Part shown: positions 20,278-30,603 of the stretch, in pieces
Position numbering within the stretch: position 1 is the first letter of the stretch
How the letters are laid out: every line of letters begins with the position of its first letter
Assembly: GCA_965262115.1 (NCBI GenBank)
Contig: OZ253496.1
Span: 1,152,001 to 1,216,000, forward strand
Direction: 5' to 3'
DNA length: 64,000 nucleotides
Source: Nitrospinales bacterium
GTDB lineage: Bacteria > Nitrospinota > Nitrospinia > Nitrospinales > VA-1
The notes under the pieces: generated by a model
Databases searched by the model: none
What the model was told of the DNA's origin: nothing
What the model saw: the letters and a program-made list of their open reading frames with translations, nothing else
Translations under genes and position numbers: made by a program

Positions 20278-20673
20278 TTAAACTCTGAACTTCAAGGACG
20301 TCAGTTTTATCAGGTCCGTAGAGTTTCTGAGGGCTTTTTCACCGTCCTCGGAAATGTCATTGACCACCAACTGCAAACTGCGCAGGCTGGGTAAATTTTT
20401 CGACGTCGCAAGATAGGTGGCTCCCACATCACTGATACTGTTTGAAGCCAGATTGAGAGTTCTCAGATTGGTAAACATTGTTGATTCGGCAATGGCCTTG
20501 ACCCCTTCATCACCAATACTGTTCTGCGAAAGATCCAAAGCCCGGATGCCCTTCATAGTTTCATGCTGAGCCAACTCTTTCGCACCCACCTCTCTCAAGA
20601 ATTGCGCCTTCAAGCTCAGCACTTGCCCGTCCTTGCTCAGCCGGTCCCGGATCAACTCATTCAAATTTGCCAT
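20278..20673 (-). CDS. Small leucine-rich-repeat protein (RI-like)
   Basis: LDLSQNSIGDEG, LNLASNSISDVG repeats. Confidence 0.88.
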   Translation of the reverse strand: MANLNELIRDRLSKDGQVLSLKAQFLREVGAKELAQHETMKGIRALDLSQNSIGDEGVKAIAESTMFTNLRTLNLASNSISDVGATYLATSKNLPSLRSLQLVVNDISEDGEKALRNSTDLIKLTSLKFRV

Positions 20674-20685
20674 AGCATGCCTCCC

Positions 20686-21507
20686 CTACCCGGTACCCGG
20701 GATTTCCTTAGCTACAAATCCGTATTCATCGTAGATGCTATAACCTTCCTGAAGCATCTTTTTCCCATATTTGACCATCAGGTTGGCCTGGCTGTGACTA
20801 GGATCAATATCGATAGTTTTCTTCAAATACTTCAATCCCTTTTTGATATCCTTGACTTCGTCGCCATAATTTTCAATTTGCCGGGCTTTATCAAACAAAT
20901 CGGAGGCCCACTTGTAATAAACCGTAGCAATTTGTTGGGGCGCATTCTGGCTGATATAGTCGATAATTTCCTCATCTGCCTTCAACTTCGGAATATCCTG
21001 GACAGCCGCCTCAAACTCGCGCAGGGGGGTAGCATAATCGTCATCCGTCACCGAAGAAATCTGTGCACCGGCCCTATGCTGGGAATGCAGACCCACAGAA
21101 CTTTTAACCACTGTGGACTGAATCCCCGACATCAACTGGTGGTAATAAAGGTTGCCGATGCCGAAATGGATGATGGCGCTGAATTCCTGGTTTACGTCCA
21201 GCAACAGGGCCTGCTCAAAAGATTCCTGGGCATCGTCCATCTGCCCCAGTTCCGAGAGGGCTTCCCCCATATTGTAATGATGGACACAGTTATCCGGCTC
21301 TTCCTCAATCTGGAGCTTGAACTCCTGAATCTGGGCTTCAAGGTCAAACTCAGCCTCTTCCTCATCGTCAAACTCCGAAACTTCAGCCTCTTCAGAGTCT
21401 TCAGCCGTAAGAGACTGGTCAGCCTCAGGCTGGGAAGGATCTTCAGCATTTTCCAGCGGTTGCCCGGCTTCTTCCTCCGATTCCGCTTCTTTTTCGTCTT
21501 CAATCAT
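20686..21507 (-). CDS. TPR protein with acidic N-terminus
   Basis: HYNMGEALSELGQ..DA..SFEQAL. Confidence 0.8.
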   Translation of the reverse strand: MIEDEKEAESEEEAGQPLENAEDPSQPEADQSLTAEDSEEAEVSEFDDEEEAEFDLEAQIQEFKLQIEEEPDNCVHHYNMGEALSELGQMDDAQESFEQALLLDVNQEFSAIIHFGIGNLYYHQLMSGIQSTVVKSSVGLHSQHRAGAQISSVTDDDYATPLREFEAAVQDIPKLKADEEIIDYISQNAPQQIATVYYKWASDLFDKARQIENYGDEVKDIKKGLKYLKKTIDIDPSHSQANLMVKYGKKMLQEGYSIYDEYGFVAKEIPGTG

Positions 21508-21509
21508 AA

Positions 21510-22529
21510 TCAGACACAATAAGGGGGAATCCCTTCTTCCGCCCATTCCCCCGCTTTGCCATTGTTTATGTTCTGACGATTTTTTATCGCGCCTGAAACC
21601 ATCTTTTTCCGAGACACTTCTATCTGATTCATAATTTCATCCGGCGAATCGTTTAAGAGATTGCCAAACTTGGGCTGACACTTCAGATTGCCCACATCAC
21701 AACAAGGAGTTATCTCCCCGGTTTGCTGGACAGTGACAATCTCGATGGTACCACGAGGAATGGTGCATTCCAGATGGTTAATATCCCGGGGGAAAGGCTG
21801 GGAATTCATAGCCCGCTCGCCATTTTTATCGACATAAAACCCCGGGATCATATTCAGCCCAAAAGTAAAGTTGTCCGTACAAATATAATTTTCAACGCCT
21901 TCCATATGCTTTAAAAATACGCCTTCATCACATTCCGGATTATCCCGCAAAAGACTTTCAAGCTTCGTGCGATAAGCCCCAAGTAAAGACATGACGGAAT
22001 CAAATTTCTTTTCCCGTTCTCCAAAAAACGTGATCAAAATTTCAATCTGGCTCAACAAGTCCGACACTTTTTCAAAGATCATGTTGACGATCAATTCGTC
22101 CTGCAATCCCAGAATCTCGATAAGAAGTGGTTTTTGCCGCTCCTCCCAAACGGTTGGATACAACGTAAAGTCCACCCGTCCGGACAATTTCATGATCTCT
22201 ACCAATCTTAACCAACGCTGAGATTTTGCTGAGTTGATGTCCAGATTGGTGTGGATGCGTACATTTGACGTCAGCTTCCTGAAGATTTTAAATATTTCAA
22301 CGATGTGAGGGTTTTGTGAAGGCTCCCCGCCGGTCAGATTAATTTCCCTTTTGGCCAATTCACGGAACACCTCCATCTGGAGAATTTTATCCACCATGAC
22401 CTGAGCCTGCTCCGGCATTAAATGCCAATCGCTCTTGGCAATCTTGCTAAGCGGTTCGTAGACATGACAATACTGGCACTCATCTCGCACATAGCGATTA
22501 CAATTGGCTTCGGCAAAAATATTTATCAT
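21510..22529 (-). CDS. Radical SAM protein, CX7CX2C motif, Twitch-like C-terminus
   Basis: CNRYVRDECQYC, LTGGEP, HTN, G.ITPCC. Confidence 0.85.
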   Translation of the reverse strand: MINIFAEANCNRYVRDECQYCHVYEPLSKIAKSDWHLMPEQAQVMVDKILQMEVFRELAKREINLTGGEPSQNPHIVEIFKIFRKLTSNVRIHTNLDINSAKSQRWLRLVEIMKLSGRVDFTLYPTVWEERQKPLLIEILGLQDELIVNMIFEKVSDLLSQIEILITFFGEREKKFDSVMSLLGAYRTKLESLLRDNPECDEGVFLKHMEGVENYICTDNFTFGLNMIPGFYVDKNGERAMNSQPFPRDINHLECTIPRGTIEIVTVQQTGEITPCCDVGNLKCQPKFGNLLNDSPDEIMNQIEVSRKKMVSGAIKNRQNINNGKAGEWAEEGIPPYCV

Positions 22530-22576
22530 AGCCTTACCTCATAATCCCTGCCCCACTGAAAAACATCGACCTTTTT

Positions 22577-23209
22577 CTATTTAGCAGGTTGCCCCAAAAC
22601 AGTCCGTACAGGTCTGAGGGTAGATAAAGAAAGACTGGGTCCACCCCTCATGCTGGGATAGGTTTTGCCCCCGATGTAATTAAAACCCCAAGCGTATTTT
22701 TCCTTATAACGCTCGCTGGACCAGAAACAACAACTTGAATAACCGAAGATCGGGTCAATATGAAGGACATTTTCGGTCCAATAATATTTCCAGGTAACAT
22801 TCTTTTTCTCTTCGTAGAGAGATTTCAGTTCTTCCCGGGTCGGCAGTCGCCAGTCCGAAAAACCCGCAAAACCTTCTCGATTGAATTTTTCCATGAAGTT
22901 CTGAGCATCGTCCCAGTTGATCCAAACCTTTTTTTCCTGATAGATATCAATTTGCTTCCACATCAGCTTATTTTCAAGGTCTGTAATGGTCCCATTTTTA
23001 TTATCCCGAAATCGGGGATCATTGGAAGGCTTTAGGGGCGGCTTTTCTTCGGTGAGAGAAAGAATCTGGCCGCCAAATATCTCATCGGTGCCTTTACCGT
23101 TCGCATTCGCCTGCGTGGAACACAGCCCACACACTGCCAGCAGCAAAAAAGCAACCTGCAGGGGTTGGATCAAAAGGCGAAAAAAACGAATCATGTCTTT
23201 TGGAATCAT
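22577..23209 (-). CDS. Exported DUF1566 protein
   Basis: Signal-like N-terminus, RFRDNKNGTITD, SDWRLPTREEL, FWSS. Confidence 0.88.
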   Translation of the reverse strand: MIPKDMIRFFRLLIQPLQVAFLLLAVCGLCSTQANANGKGTDEIFGGQILSLTEEKPPLKPSNDPRFRDNKNGTITDLENKLMWKQIDIYQEKKVWINWDDAQNFMEKFNREGFAGFSDWRLPTREELKSLYEEKKNVTWKYYWTENVLHIDPIFGYSSCCFWSSERYKEKYAWGFNYIGGKTYPSMRGGPSLSLSTLRPVRTVLGQPAK

Positions 23210-23246
23210 TATAAAGGCTTCCTAAAATCAGACTTGCTAATAATAG

Positions 23247-24245
23247 CTACTCTTCCTGTGGTGCCCAGTCTGGCTCCCAGGACAGGCAAATTCCGGAGGG
23301 ATTTAAAAATTGCCCCGGATCCTTACCGACAATGCCCCATTTGGAAACAAAGTTCAGGTCCGGGTCAAACTTCTGGATTCTCTGGTTCAAAGTATCGACG
23401 ACGAACACGTATCCATAAGGATCTTCCACCAGCGAAACGGGACAGTTGAACTGACCGTCGCGCTTGCCCGCCTCGCCAAGAATGTCGAGAGAGTGTCCCT
23501 CCCGATCAAAAAGCTGTAACCGGTTCTGACTTTTTTCGGCCACTATGATGGTGCCATCTCTTCGCACGGCTATCCCGGTGGGAAAATTCAACCGGCCTGG
23601 CTCGAATCCATACTCACCAAACTTGGACAGGTATTGCCCGTCCTCATTAAAAATCTGAATGCGCTGGTTGTCCCGGTCGGCCACATAAATATTGCCTTCC
23701 CGATCCAATGTCAGACCAACGGGAAATTTCATGAATCCGTCGAAGTTCCCGGCAAATCCAAAACTGATAATAAAATTGCCATCGCTGTCATACCGTTTGA
23801 CACAATGGTTGGAAGTGTCCGCCACCAGGATGGTCCCGGTGGGTTCCGCGACAATTTCCTCCGGCATATAAAACTTTTCCTGTCCCCAGCCTTCACTACC
23901 AAATTCAAGAAAGAAATCTCCATCCGGGTCAAACTTTTGTAGCCGATGACAACCGGTATCGACAACCCAAATATAACCCTCGTTATCCACGGCCACTCCA
24001 CTTGGAGTCTTAAATTCTCCGGGGAGATAAGGAGGGCGGGTGCCGCCGGATTTACCAAAACACATCAGAAATTTCCCATTGCCGTCGAATTTCTGGATCC
24101 GGTCATTGCCCGAATCCGCTATCCATACATAAAGCTGACTATGATCAACCTGAGGACTCTCTTCAGGTAGAGTCTCTTCGACACCGGCTACTTCCAGCGC
24201 CTGAGACGGAGCGTCCTCGCTGTTTTCCGTATTATCTTCCACCAA
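23247..24245 (-). CDS. NHL-repeat beta-propeller
   Basis: Repeats of P.G.AVD..G.I.VAD..N.RIQ.F. Confidence 0.92.
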   Translation of the reverse strand: MVEDNTENSEDAPSQALEVAGVEETLPEESPQVDHSQLYVWIADSGNDRIQKFDGNGKFLMCFGKSGGTRPPYLPGEFKTPSGVAVDNEGYIWVVDTGCHRLQKFDPDGDFFLEFGSEGWGQEKFYMPEEIVAEPTGTILVADTSNHCVKRYDSDGNFIISFGFAGNFDGFMKFPVGLTLDREGNIYVADRDNQRIQIFNEDGQYLSKFGEYGFEPGRLNFPTGIAVRRDGTIIVAEKSQNRLQLFDREGHSLDILGEAGKRDGQFNCPVSLVEDPYGYVFVVDTLNQRIQKFDPDLNFVSKWGIVGKDPGQFLNPSGICLSWEPDWAPQEE

Positions 24246-24504
24246 AACAAACCTCTCTTGCTGCTAGCCACAGGGGCAAATTGCAACAGCCCATTGAGCC
24301 GAGAATACCGTTGCTAACGATAGAAAATATCGCATTTTCCTGCGGAGGTACTCCGCCCCAATCGAGAAAAAAAATCGAACTCCAAATAAGAAAAAGCCCC
24401 GAAAGGGGCTCTTCCGCACCACACATTGCACTTACCGTTCAAGGCAATCCCAAGATTATCTAAATAAACTGCAAATCGTTTTTTAGAACAGAGCCACGCC
24501 CCAT

Positions 24505-25140
24505 TTATCTTATCAGGAACCCTTTCACATCCAGAATCTGGTATTCGAAATTACAGGTTTTTTGAAGTTCGTCGAGCCTTTCATTCCAGTTTTGCTTGAA
24601 ATTATCCAGGCTTTCAGACTTGGGTTTCTTTTTCATCAGGCCGACCTCACGATATAGCGGCTTCACCATATTCTTGAAGACCAGTTGAATGATATTTCGA
24701 AGGTTAAGAATGCATTGTTTGGTCACCTCTTCCCGAGTCACGCCATCGACCTTTTCAAGAAGGCGCAGGAACGACTGGATCGTGGTGATCTGAACCGTGT
24801 AGCTTTCAGCCAACCTGTGATCGTATTTCAGACCGCAGTCAATGTAAGCTGGCATGAGATACATACCAACATGGTGATCAAATTTGACAGCAAGAGTGAT
24901 CAGCTTTTGCAGATAATCGACTTCACGCAAATCCTCCTCTTCTTCTTCACCTTCAGCCAGTTCTTTAGTGGCTTTTTCTTTTTCCTTTTGAAGCTCGAGT
25001 TTGATCTTTTCCAACTCGCTCAAATCAGAAAGATGATCGACCTCTTTCTCTTCAGCAGTGTCTTCCGACGAGCCTTCCGGCCCGGCATTTTCCTTAGTTT
25101 CAGTATCCTGTTCGCTCAACGCAAGTCTCCTTCCTGACAA
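24505..25140 (-). CDS. Hypothetical protein with acidic coiled-coil N-terminus
   Basis: 211-aa ORF; promoter TTGACA-N18-TATACT at 25222-25193. Confidence 0.7.
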   Translation of the reverse strand: MSGRRLALSEQDTETKENAGPEGSSEDTAEEKEVDHLSDLSELEKIKLELQKEKEKATKELAEGEEEEEDLREVDYLQKLITLAVKFDHHVGMYLMPAYIDCGLKYDHRLAESYTVQITTIQSFLRLLEKVDGVTREEVTKQCILNLRNIIQLVFKNMVKPLYREVGLMKKKPKSESLDNFKQNWNERLDELQKTCNFEYQILDVKGFLIR

Positions 25141-25323
25141 GGGTAAAACAATAAACCAATACTTTTAAAAGAGTTCTGGGAATTGACCCGTAAGTATAAT
25201 CCTTTTTCCGGGAAAGTGTCAACCACCACTCCGCGTGAGGCGAATGACCTATAACCTACCCCGTCTGTCAATGGGTTAGCGTGGCAGAAATAGTCCCCTG
25301 CGCAACCACCTCCCCTATAAAGG

Positions 25324-25528
25324 GAGAACTTTGCATAACCCAAGATTACCCCTACGGGGCATGAAGTTTAAGGAAAAATATCACATCTTCGTCACCTTGT
25401 TCCTCAGAATGACAAAATGGCCCAGTATTGTCATGCTGAGCTAGTTATATTTGACCTTTGAATTCTTGCCCCGTAGGGGTTCTCGAAGCATCTCGGTTCT
25501 TCGATTTTTCGACTTATGCAAAGGTCTC
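25324..25528. mobile_element. MITE with IS5/IS1106-like TIRs, containing REP-like palindromes and two mini-elements
   Basis: Left GAGAACTTTGCATAA, right TTATGCAAAGGTCTC (14/15 inverted match); homologous to 45315-45513 and 50309-50427. Confidence 0.8.
25347..25385 (-). repeat. 40-bp mini-element copy
   Basis: TACCCCTACGGGGCATGAA...ATATCACA; absent from the homologous site at 50331/50332. Confidence 0.85.
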
Positions 25529-25744
25529 CTAATAAAGGGGCCGCAGGGGCAGATAGACAGCTTTATTTGGGCTAACAACAGATCAGCAAAACGAGCCCTT
25601 GGCCAATTCCCTCCCACTGGAAGCGGGCCACTAACCGCGGGGCAAAAGGGGGTAAGAAAAAATGGCGGAGCATGAACATTTTGATCTGAGAAAAACGGTT
25701 TCTCTCCAGACAAAACTGTTACCGGTTACCTCTGCGGCTAGCAG

Positions 25745-25773
25745 TTGACAGGTCTGGCCTGTGGGTATACTCT
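25745..25773 (+). promoter_or_regulatory. Sigma70 promoter
   Basis: TTGACA-N17-TACTCT upstream of the B12 radical SAM gene. Confidence 0.65.
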
Positions 25774-25864
25774 TTTTCTATACAAAACCTGATTTATATA
25801 AGGTTAACCGTTTCCACCGGGAGAGGAATACCCCCATGTTGGAATATATAAGAGTTTGAATATT

Positions 25865-27661
25865 ATGAAAACCACTCTCCTGTTTCCACCGCAATGGTAC
25901 CCCAGCCAGCCCTATCTCGCCCTGCCTACCTTGAAGGCCCATTTGGAATCCAAAGGCCATGAAGTAGATCAGTTCGATTTCAATATAGAAAGTTATGAGA
26001 TTTTCCTGTCCAATGACTATCTGGCTCAATGTGTGGAACTCGTGCGACAACGGCTGTCCACCCCCGCTTACACGACCGAGGAACAGGAAGCCAAAACCGT
26101 GTACCGGGATATTCTGGCGGACACCGGTTTTCTCGACTCCGTTCTCAACGAAGTGGAAGACGCTAAAAATGTTCTGCGGGATAAAGAACGGTTTTTCCAG
26201 TTTGAAACTTATAAAAAAGCCTACACCACGCTAAAAATTGCCATGAAGCTCATTTCCTACGCCCACCATCCCAGTCGGCTGGATCTGGACTCCTTTTTCA
26301 TGCTGGGGAATCCGGAAGAGAACCTTTCCGGCATTCTCTCGGCCACGGCAGACACGGTTCGGAATCCTTTCATCCGCATGTATGAAGATTACCTGCTTGA
26401 GAAAGTCCCTTGGAACGATTACGGGTTGGTGGGATTATCCATCATCCACATCGGGCAGGTCATACCCGGCCTGACGCTGGCGCGTCTGTTGCGCAAACGC
26501 TTTGAACATCTGCATATCGTCATCGGCGGGAGCGTGTTCAACCGTCACGCCGACCTGCTCGACAACAAACAGGCTTTGTTTGAGGAATTTTTTCACAGCG
26601 TGATCATCTCCGAAGGCGAGAAACCTTTAGAAGAGTTGGTCAGCCATCTCAAGGCCAGTAAACCCCTGACAACCATTCCCAACCTGATTTATATGGAAGG
26701 GCAAAAAGTTATTCATAATACTAAAACAGAAGCCCTGCCTTATGAGCAGTTGGTGTGCCCGACCTTCGACCAGTTGCCGCTGGAAAAATATTTAATGCCC
26801 TATCCGGTACTGCCCTATATGTCGAGCCGTGGTTGTTATTGGGGTAAATGCACGTTTTGCACCCATAGTTTTATCTATGACTCGTATTACCGCAAAGCAA
26901 ATGAAACCCGGGTGGCTGAAGAACTCGGGCATCTCGCAAAAAAATACAATACCAAATATTTCACGTTTTCGGACGAAGCCATATCCCCCAACGCTTTCAA
27001 CCGCATGTCGAAGGCTATTCTGAAACAGGGCGTGGAAATGCGCTCATTGGGAATGCTCAAGTTTGAGTCCGGAGACAAGGAAACTCCTGAACTGTTTGAA
27101 GATATCTATAAGGCCGGATTCCTCATGCTGTTTTTCGGGCTGGAAAGTGCTAACAACCGCATTCTTTCCATCATCGAAAAAGGTTGCGATCAGGATACAG
27201 AACGGAGCGTGCTGAAAAACAGTTCCGACGCCGGCATCTGGAATCATCTCTACCTGTTTTTCGGGTTCCCTACAGAAGAGCGCGAAGAAGCAGAGGACAC
27301 CATCCAGTTCGCCGTGGAAAACTCGGAAATCGGTACCGGCACTATCCATTCTGTCGGCCAGTCCATCTTCGCGCTGGAGAAGGATTCCGCCATCTTCCAC
27401 AATCCGGGTAAATTCAAAATCGACCGCATCATTCATGACCCTGATCGGGATATGGCTATCGTGTTCGATTTTGATATCAAAGAGGGAATGCCTCAGGAAG
27501 AAGTGATGGAAGTCTACGAACATTTTGACTCCGTAATAGATGAAACCTTCCCCTCCCGCAATGTCTGGAATTACCTGTCGCGCGAGCACTTCCTGCTCTA
27601 TCTCGACCACTTCGGCAAAGAAGAAATCCTCAACATGGCTAAAACAACAGTCACTCCTTAG
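25865..27661 (+). CDS. B12-binding radical SAM protein (class B methyltransferase-like)
   Basis: PYLALPTLKAHL, SRGCYWGKCTFC, FGLES, FFGFPTE. Confidence 0.92.
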   Translation: MKTTLLFPPQWYPSQPYLALPTLKAHLESKGHEVDQFDFNIESYEIFLSNDYLAQCVELVRQRLSTPAYTTEEQEAKTVYRDILADTGFLDSVLNEVEDAKNVLRDKERFFQFETYKKAYTTLKIAMKLISYAHHPSRLDLDSFFMLGNPEENLSGILSATADTVRNPFIRMYEDYLLEKVPWNDYGLVGLSIIHIGQVIPGLTLARLLRKRFEHLHIVIGGSVFNRHADLLDNKQALFEEFFHSVIISEGEKPLEELVSHLKASKPLTTIPNLIYMEGQKVIHNTKTEALPYEQLVCPTFDQLPLEKYLMPYPVLPYMSSRGCYWGKCTFCTHSFIYDSYYRKANETRVAEELGHLAKKYNTKYFTFSDEAISPNAFNRMSKAILKQGVEMRSLGMLKFESGDKETPELFEDIYKAGFLMLFFGLESANNRILSIIEKGCDQDTERSVLKNSSDAGIWNHLYLFFGFPTEEREEAEDTIQFAVENSEIGTGTIHSVGQSIFALEKDSAIFHNPGKFKIDRIIHDPDRDMAIVFDFDIKEGMPQEEVMEVYEHFDSVIDETFPSRNVWNYLSREHFLLYLDHFGKEEILNMAKTTVTP

Positions 27662-27664
27662 CCG

Positions 27665-27740
27665 GCCCACTCGGCGTGGGGCCAATGGTGTAATAGCACT
27701 ATACTGACGGGCAAACATTCTGGGCTCCACGCCGAGTGGT
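27665..27740. repeat. REP-like inverted pair (CCACTCGGCGTGGG family)
   Basis: CCACTCGGCGTGG...CCACGCCGAGTGG; related copies near 11360, 35585 and 55720. Confidence 0.65.
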
Positions 27741-27832
27741 GGTTGACAGGGTGTGAGGGATGACCTAGAATTTAGAACATCACCAATCAAATCAAACCGA
27801 ATTTAGAACCTTTTAGAGAGAGCGATCCTATT

Positions 27833-28969
27833 ATGGGCGAAGCAGGCAAACCGACAGACTGGATCACGATGAAAATCGATCCTGATATTTTTGAAGAGTT
27901 AGGGGTCCGCGACCCTGAAGAAACCAAGCGGGAAATGGCAATCACCAAAAAAACCCGTCAGGTCACTAAGGAGTTGAAAGCTGAACCCGACAATGTGGAT
28001 CTTCAGTTAGAACTGGCCACCTTGATGATAGATGGTGCGAATTATGAAGAAGCCATCAAACAACTCTTCACCATTCGCAACAAAGCCCCCAAAAACGCCC
28101 GGGTTTACAAACTGCTCGGTACCGCATACGTGCTGTTCAATCATGAAGAGGAAGCCCTGATTGAATTGAACCGGGCCTGCGAACTGGACCCCACCGATGT
28201 AGAAAACTACTTCAATCTCGGGGGTCTCTATTTGCTCAGGGACATGTTCCCAAGCGCTGCGGATGCGTTTGAAAAAGTCATTGAACTCGATCCTACCGAC
28301 ACAACAGCCTATGCCAACCTTGCGGCGGCTTATGACATGCTCAAATTTTATGACAAGGAAATCATCGCCCTCAGAAAAGTGTTGATGTTCAAACCGGAAG
28401 ACAAGGAACTGCGCTCAGCACTGTCCAACGCTTATTTTCATGCTGGACGTTATGAGGACGCCATTGATGCCGCCCTGTGCGTGGTCGATATTGACGAAAA
28501 AGACCCGCAAGGCTATTGCAACCTGGGCAGTTGCTATTCCGTGCGTAATATGATCGATGATGCCATCGCAGCTTTCAAAAAAGCCAGCGAGCTGGCACCG
28601 GACTATTCCCTGCCGCACACCAATCTGGGGACCCTTTATGCCAATATGGGTCGGCCGGAAACCGCTATCAAGTCGTTCAAAACAGCGGTGACCCTGAACT
28701 CGGCGGACGCAGGAGCCTGGATGAACCTGTATACCTGCTATAAAGATGTCGGGTTGATGGAAGACTCGCAGGCGGCTTACCAGAAGTATGAAGCGTTGAT
28801 GGAAGGACCCGCGCTTGCTTCGACCGGAGCAACGGAAGGAGAGAACCCCTCAAATATCCCCGGCGGTGTTTCCCAAACCAGCAAATATGCCGGAGGTGGA
28901 GACATGGACGGAAACCAGCCTGGCATGGAATCGTTGGCGGATGCGGATGCAGATGCAGATTCCCGATAG
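27833..28969 (+). CDS. Multi-TPR protein
   Basis: Consecutive 34-aa repeats (YFNLG, YANLA, YCNLG, HTNLG). Confidence 0.92.
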   Translation: MGEAGKPTDWITMKIDPDIFEELGVRDPEETKREMAITKKTRQVTKELKAEPDNVDLQLELATLMIDGANYEEAIKQLFTIRNKAPKNARVYKLLGTAYVLFNHEEEALIELNRACELDPTDVENYFNLGGLYLLRDMFPSAADAFEKVIELDPTDTTAYANLAAAYDMLKFYDKEIIALRKVLMFKPEDKELRSALSNAYFHAGRYEDAIDAALCVVDIDEKDPQGYCNLGSCYSVRNMIDDAIAAFKKASELAPDYSLPHTNLGTLYANMGRPETAIKSFKTAVTLNSADAGAWMNLYTCYKDVGLMEDSQAAYQKYEALMEGPALASTGATEGENPSNIPGGVSQTSKYAGGGDMDGNQPGMESLADADADADSR

Positions 28970-28988
28970 GCTCCCTTGAAATCCTATC

Positions 28989-30380
28989 ATGACCCATCCT
29001 CCCCAAAATCTGGTTGCGCTTGGTGATTTCAAGCCTTCCGATACTTGGCAGACCCATGTCAATGCCATTTTCTATGGCATCAAGGGTCCCGAAATCCACA
29101 ACCATTTTCAAACTTATGTGAGCTTGGACTACCGTCTGGCTCACGCGCTCGCCAATGATTTTTATGCCAAAGCCCGAGGCGGCGAGCGTCCTGAAAATGA
29201 TGTCTGGGTGGTGCAGGAATGGGGAGTGGGCAATGGCAACCTAGCCGCGTGTTTTCTCAGCCACCTGCGTGCAATTGACAGCGAGAATGAAGTCTATCCT
29301 TTTATCTATTACATTCTTTGCGATGAGTCCGAAGAAATTTTAAAAGGCGTGTGGGCCAACTTCCGCTTACAGGAACACGCCGGTAAATTTTCCACGGTTC
29401 GCGCCCACGCCGAACACCTGGATTGTTTCCGGCCTCACTCCGTAGCAAAGATCATCTCCAACGAAATTTGGGACGACCTGGCAACCAAAGTTCTGCTGAA
29501 GCATCAGGGTCTTTTTTATGAGGAATACCTGTGCCCTTTCCTGAACCCGGAAGCACTCCCTGCCGAAGCAGACGCTTTCGTTGAACAATTTGAAAACAGG
29601 GATCTGGAAAAACTCGCCCAGCTTACCAACTTTCTCAACACCATTCACTGGGAACGGGATTTTCAAAGGGTGGACCTGGATGACTGGCCCTTTGCGGAAA
29701 TCTTGAAGGCTCACGCCGAAGAATTTAAAGATGAAATTCCCATGCCCATTAATACCGGAGCTTTTTCCGCCATTGAAAAAGCAAAAGAACTTTTAGGCCC
29801 TAACAATTTTGGTTACACCAGCTTTGACTATGGCATGAAAGAAATTCAGGATCTCAATCAGGAAGGACGGCACTATTTTAATTTATACGGTGGGCAATAC
29901 ACGTTCATGGTGAACTTTCCCCTGCTTGAAAATATTGGCCGGTCTTTAGGATTTACTGAAATCACCCGGGAATACCAGAATCAGTTTGTCGAAAAAGACC
30001 TCGGATCAGCAGTCGTCAGTCTGGTGGATCTGGTGCAAAACCATCCGCAAGCAGTCAACATGGCTCCGTGGGACAGAGACATTCTAATGCTCGGAACACT
30101 CAATGCTCTCAATACCGTTTATCGAAGTCCCTACTCTGGAAAACTCAACTACCCTGCACTTGAAGGAACTCCCAAAAAACAAAGAAAGCAAATCGCCCAA
30201 CTGGCTAAAAACCTTAGTAGCCGGGGTGTTCCTGATACTGTAGCCTATGTCACCCGGGAGGAAGTTCTGGCTGCCTTGAAACCTCTTAGAAACCTGGGCT
30301 ACAGGGAAAAAGATATTCAGTCCGCTTTTCAATCCCCTCCACCTCCTGTTTCATTCGTTCACATTCAATTCAGATCTTAA
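28989..30380 (+). CDS. SAM-dependent methyltransferase, MidA/NDUFAF7-like
   Basis: EWGVGNGNLA, ISNEIWDDL, FDYG. Confidence 0.75.
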   Translation: MTHPPQNLVALGDFKPSDTWQTHVNAIFYGIKGPEIHNHFQTYVSLDYRLAHALANDFYAKARGGERPENDVWVVQEWGVGNGNLAACFLSHLRAIDSENEVYPFIYYILCDESEEILKGVWANFRLQEHAGKFSTVRAHAEHLDCFRPHSVAKIISNEIWDDLATKVLLKHQGLFYEEYLCPFLNPEALPAEADAFVEQFENRDLEKLAQLTNFLNTIHWERDFQRVDLDDWPFAEILKAHAEEFKDEIPMPINTGAFSAIEKAKELLGPNNFGYTSFDYGMKEIQDLNQEGRHYFNLYGGQYTFMVNFPLLENIGRSLGFTEITREYQNQFVEKDLGSAVVSLVDLVQNHPQAVNMAPWDRDILMLGTLNALNTVYRSPYSGKLNYPALEGTPKKQRKQIAQLAKNLSSRGVPDTVAYVTREEVLAALKPLRNLGYREKDIQSAFQSPPPPVSFVHIQFRS

Positions 30381-30437
30381 AATCCCGTTTCCTCACAGGA
30401 AAACAGGGAAAACCTGATAACATAGTAGTTCTCTGAA

Positions 30438-30557
30438 GTCATTGCGAGGAGGCGAAGAGGACGAAGCCGTGATATCTCCTCATTAATTTTCGTGCCCCGC
30501 AGGGGTAAATCCAGAAAGAATGGATCGCCGCGCCGCTTATAGCGACTCGCGATGACA
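30438..30557. repeat. GTCATTGCGAG-type REP-like palindrome interrupted by a mini-element (30468-30507)
   Basis: GTCATTGCGAG...GACGAAGC|insert|AATCC...CTCGCGATGAC. Confidence 0.75.
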
Positions 30558-30603
30558 GTCAGCGTTCTGAAACCGTTAAAAAAACTCCGGAGTTTTTTGA
30601 CCG

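Noticed and set aside
20563..21522. 319-aa plus-strand ORF (also 51229-52080 and 27044-27790)
   Set aside because: Antisense shadows of well-supported genes
14662..23209. Diversity-generating retroelement acting on the DUF1566 genes
   Set aside because: No reverse transcriptase or Avd in the window, and by eye no near-identical TR/VR pair differing at adenines; a remote DGR cannot be excluded
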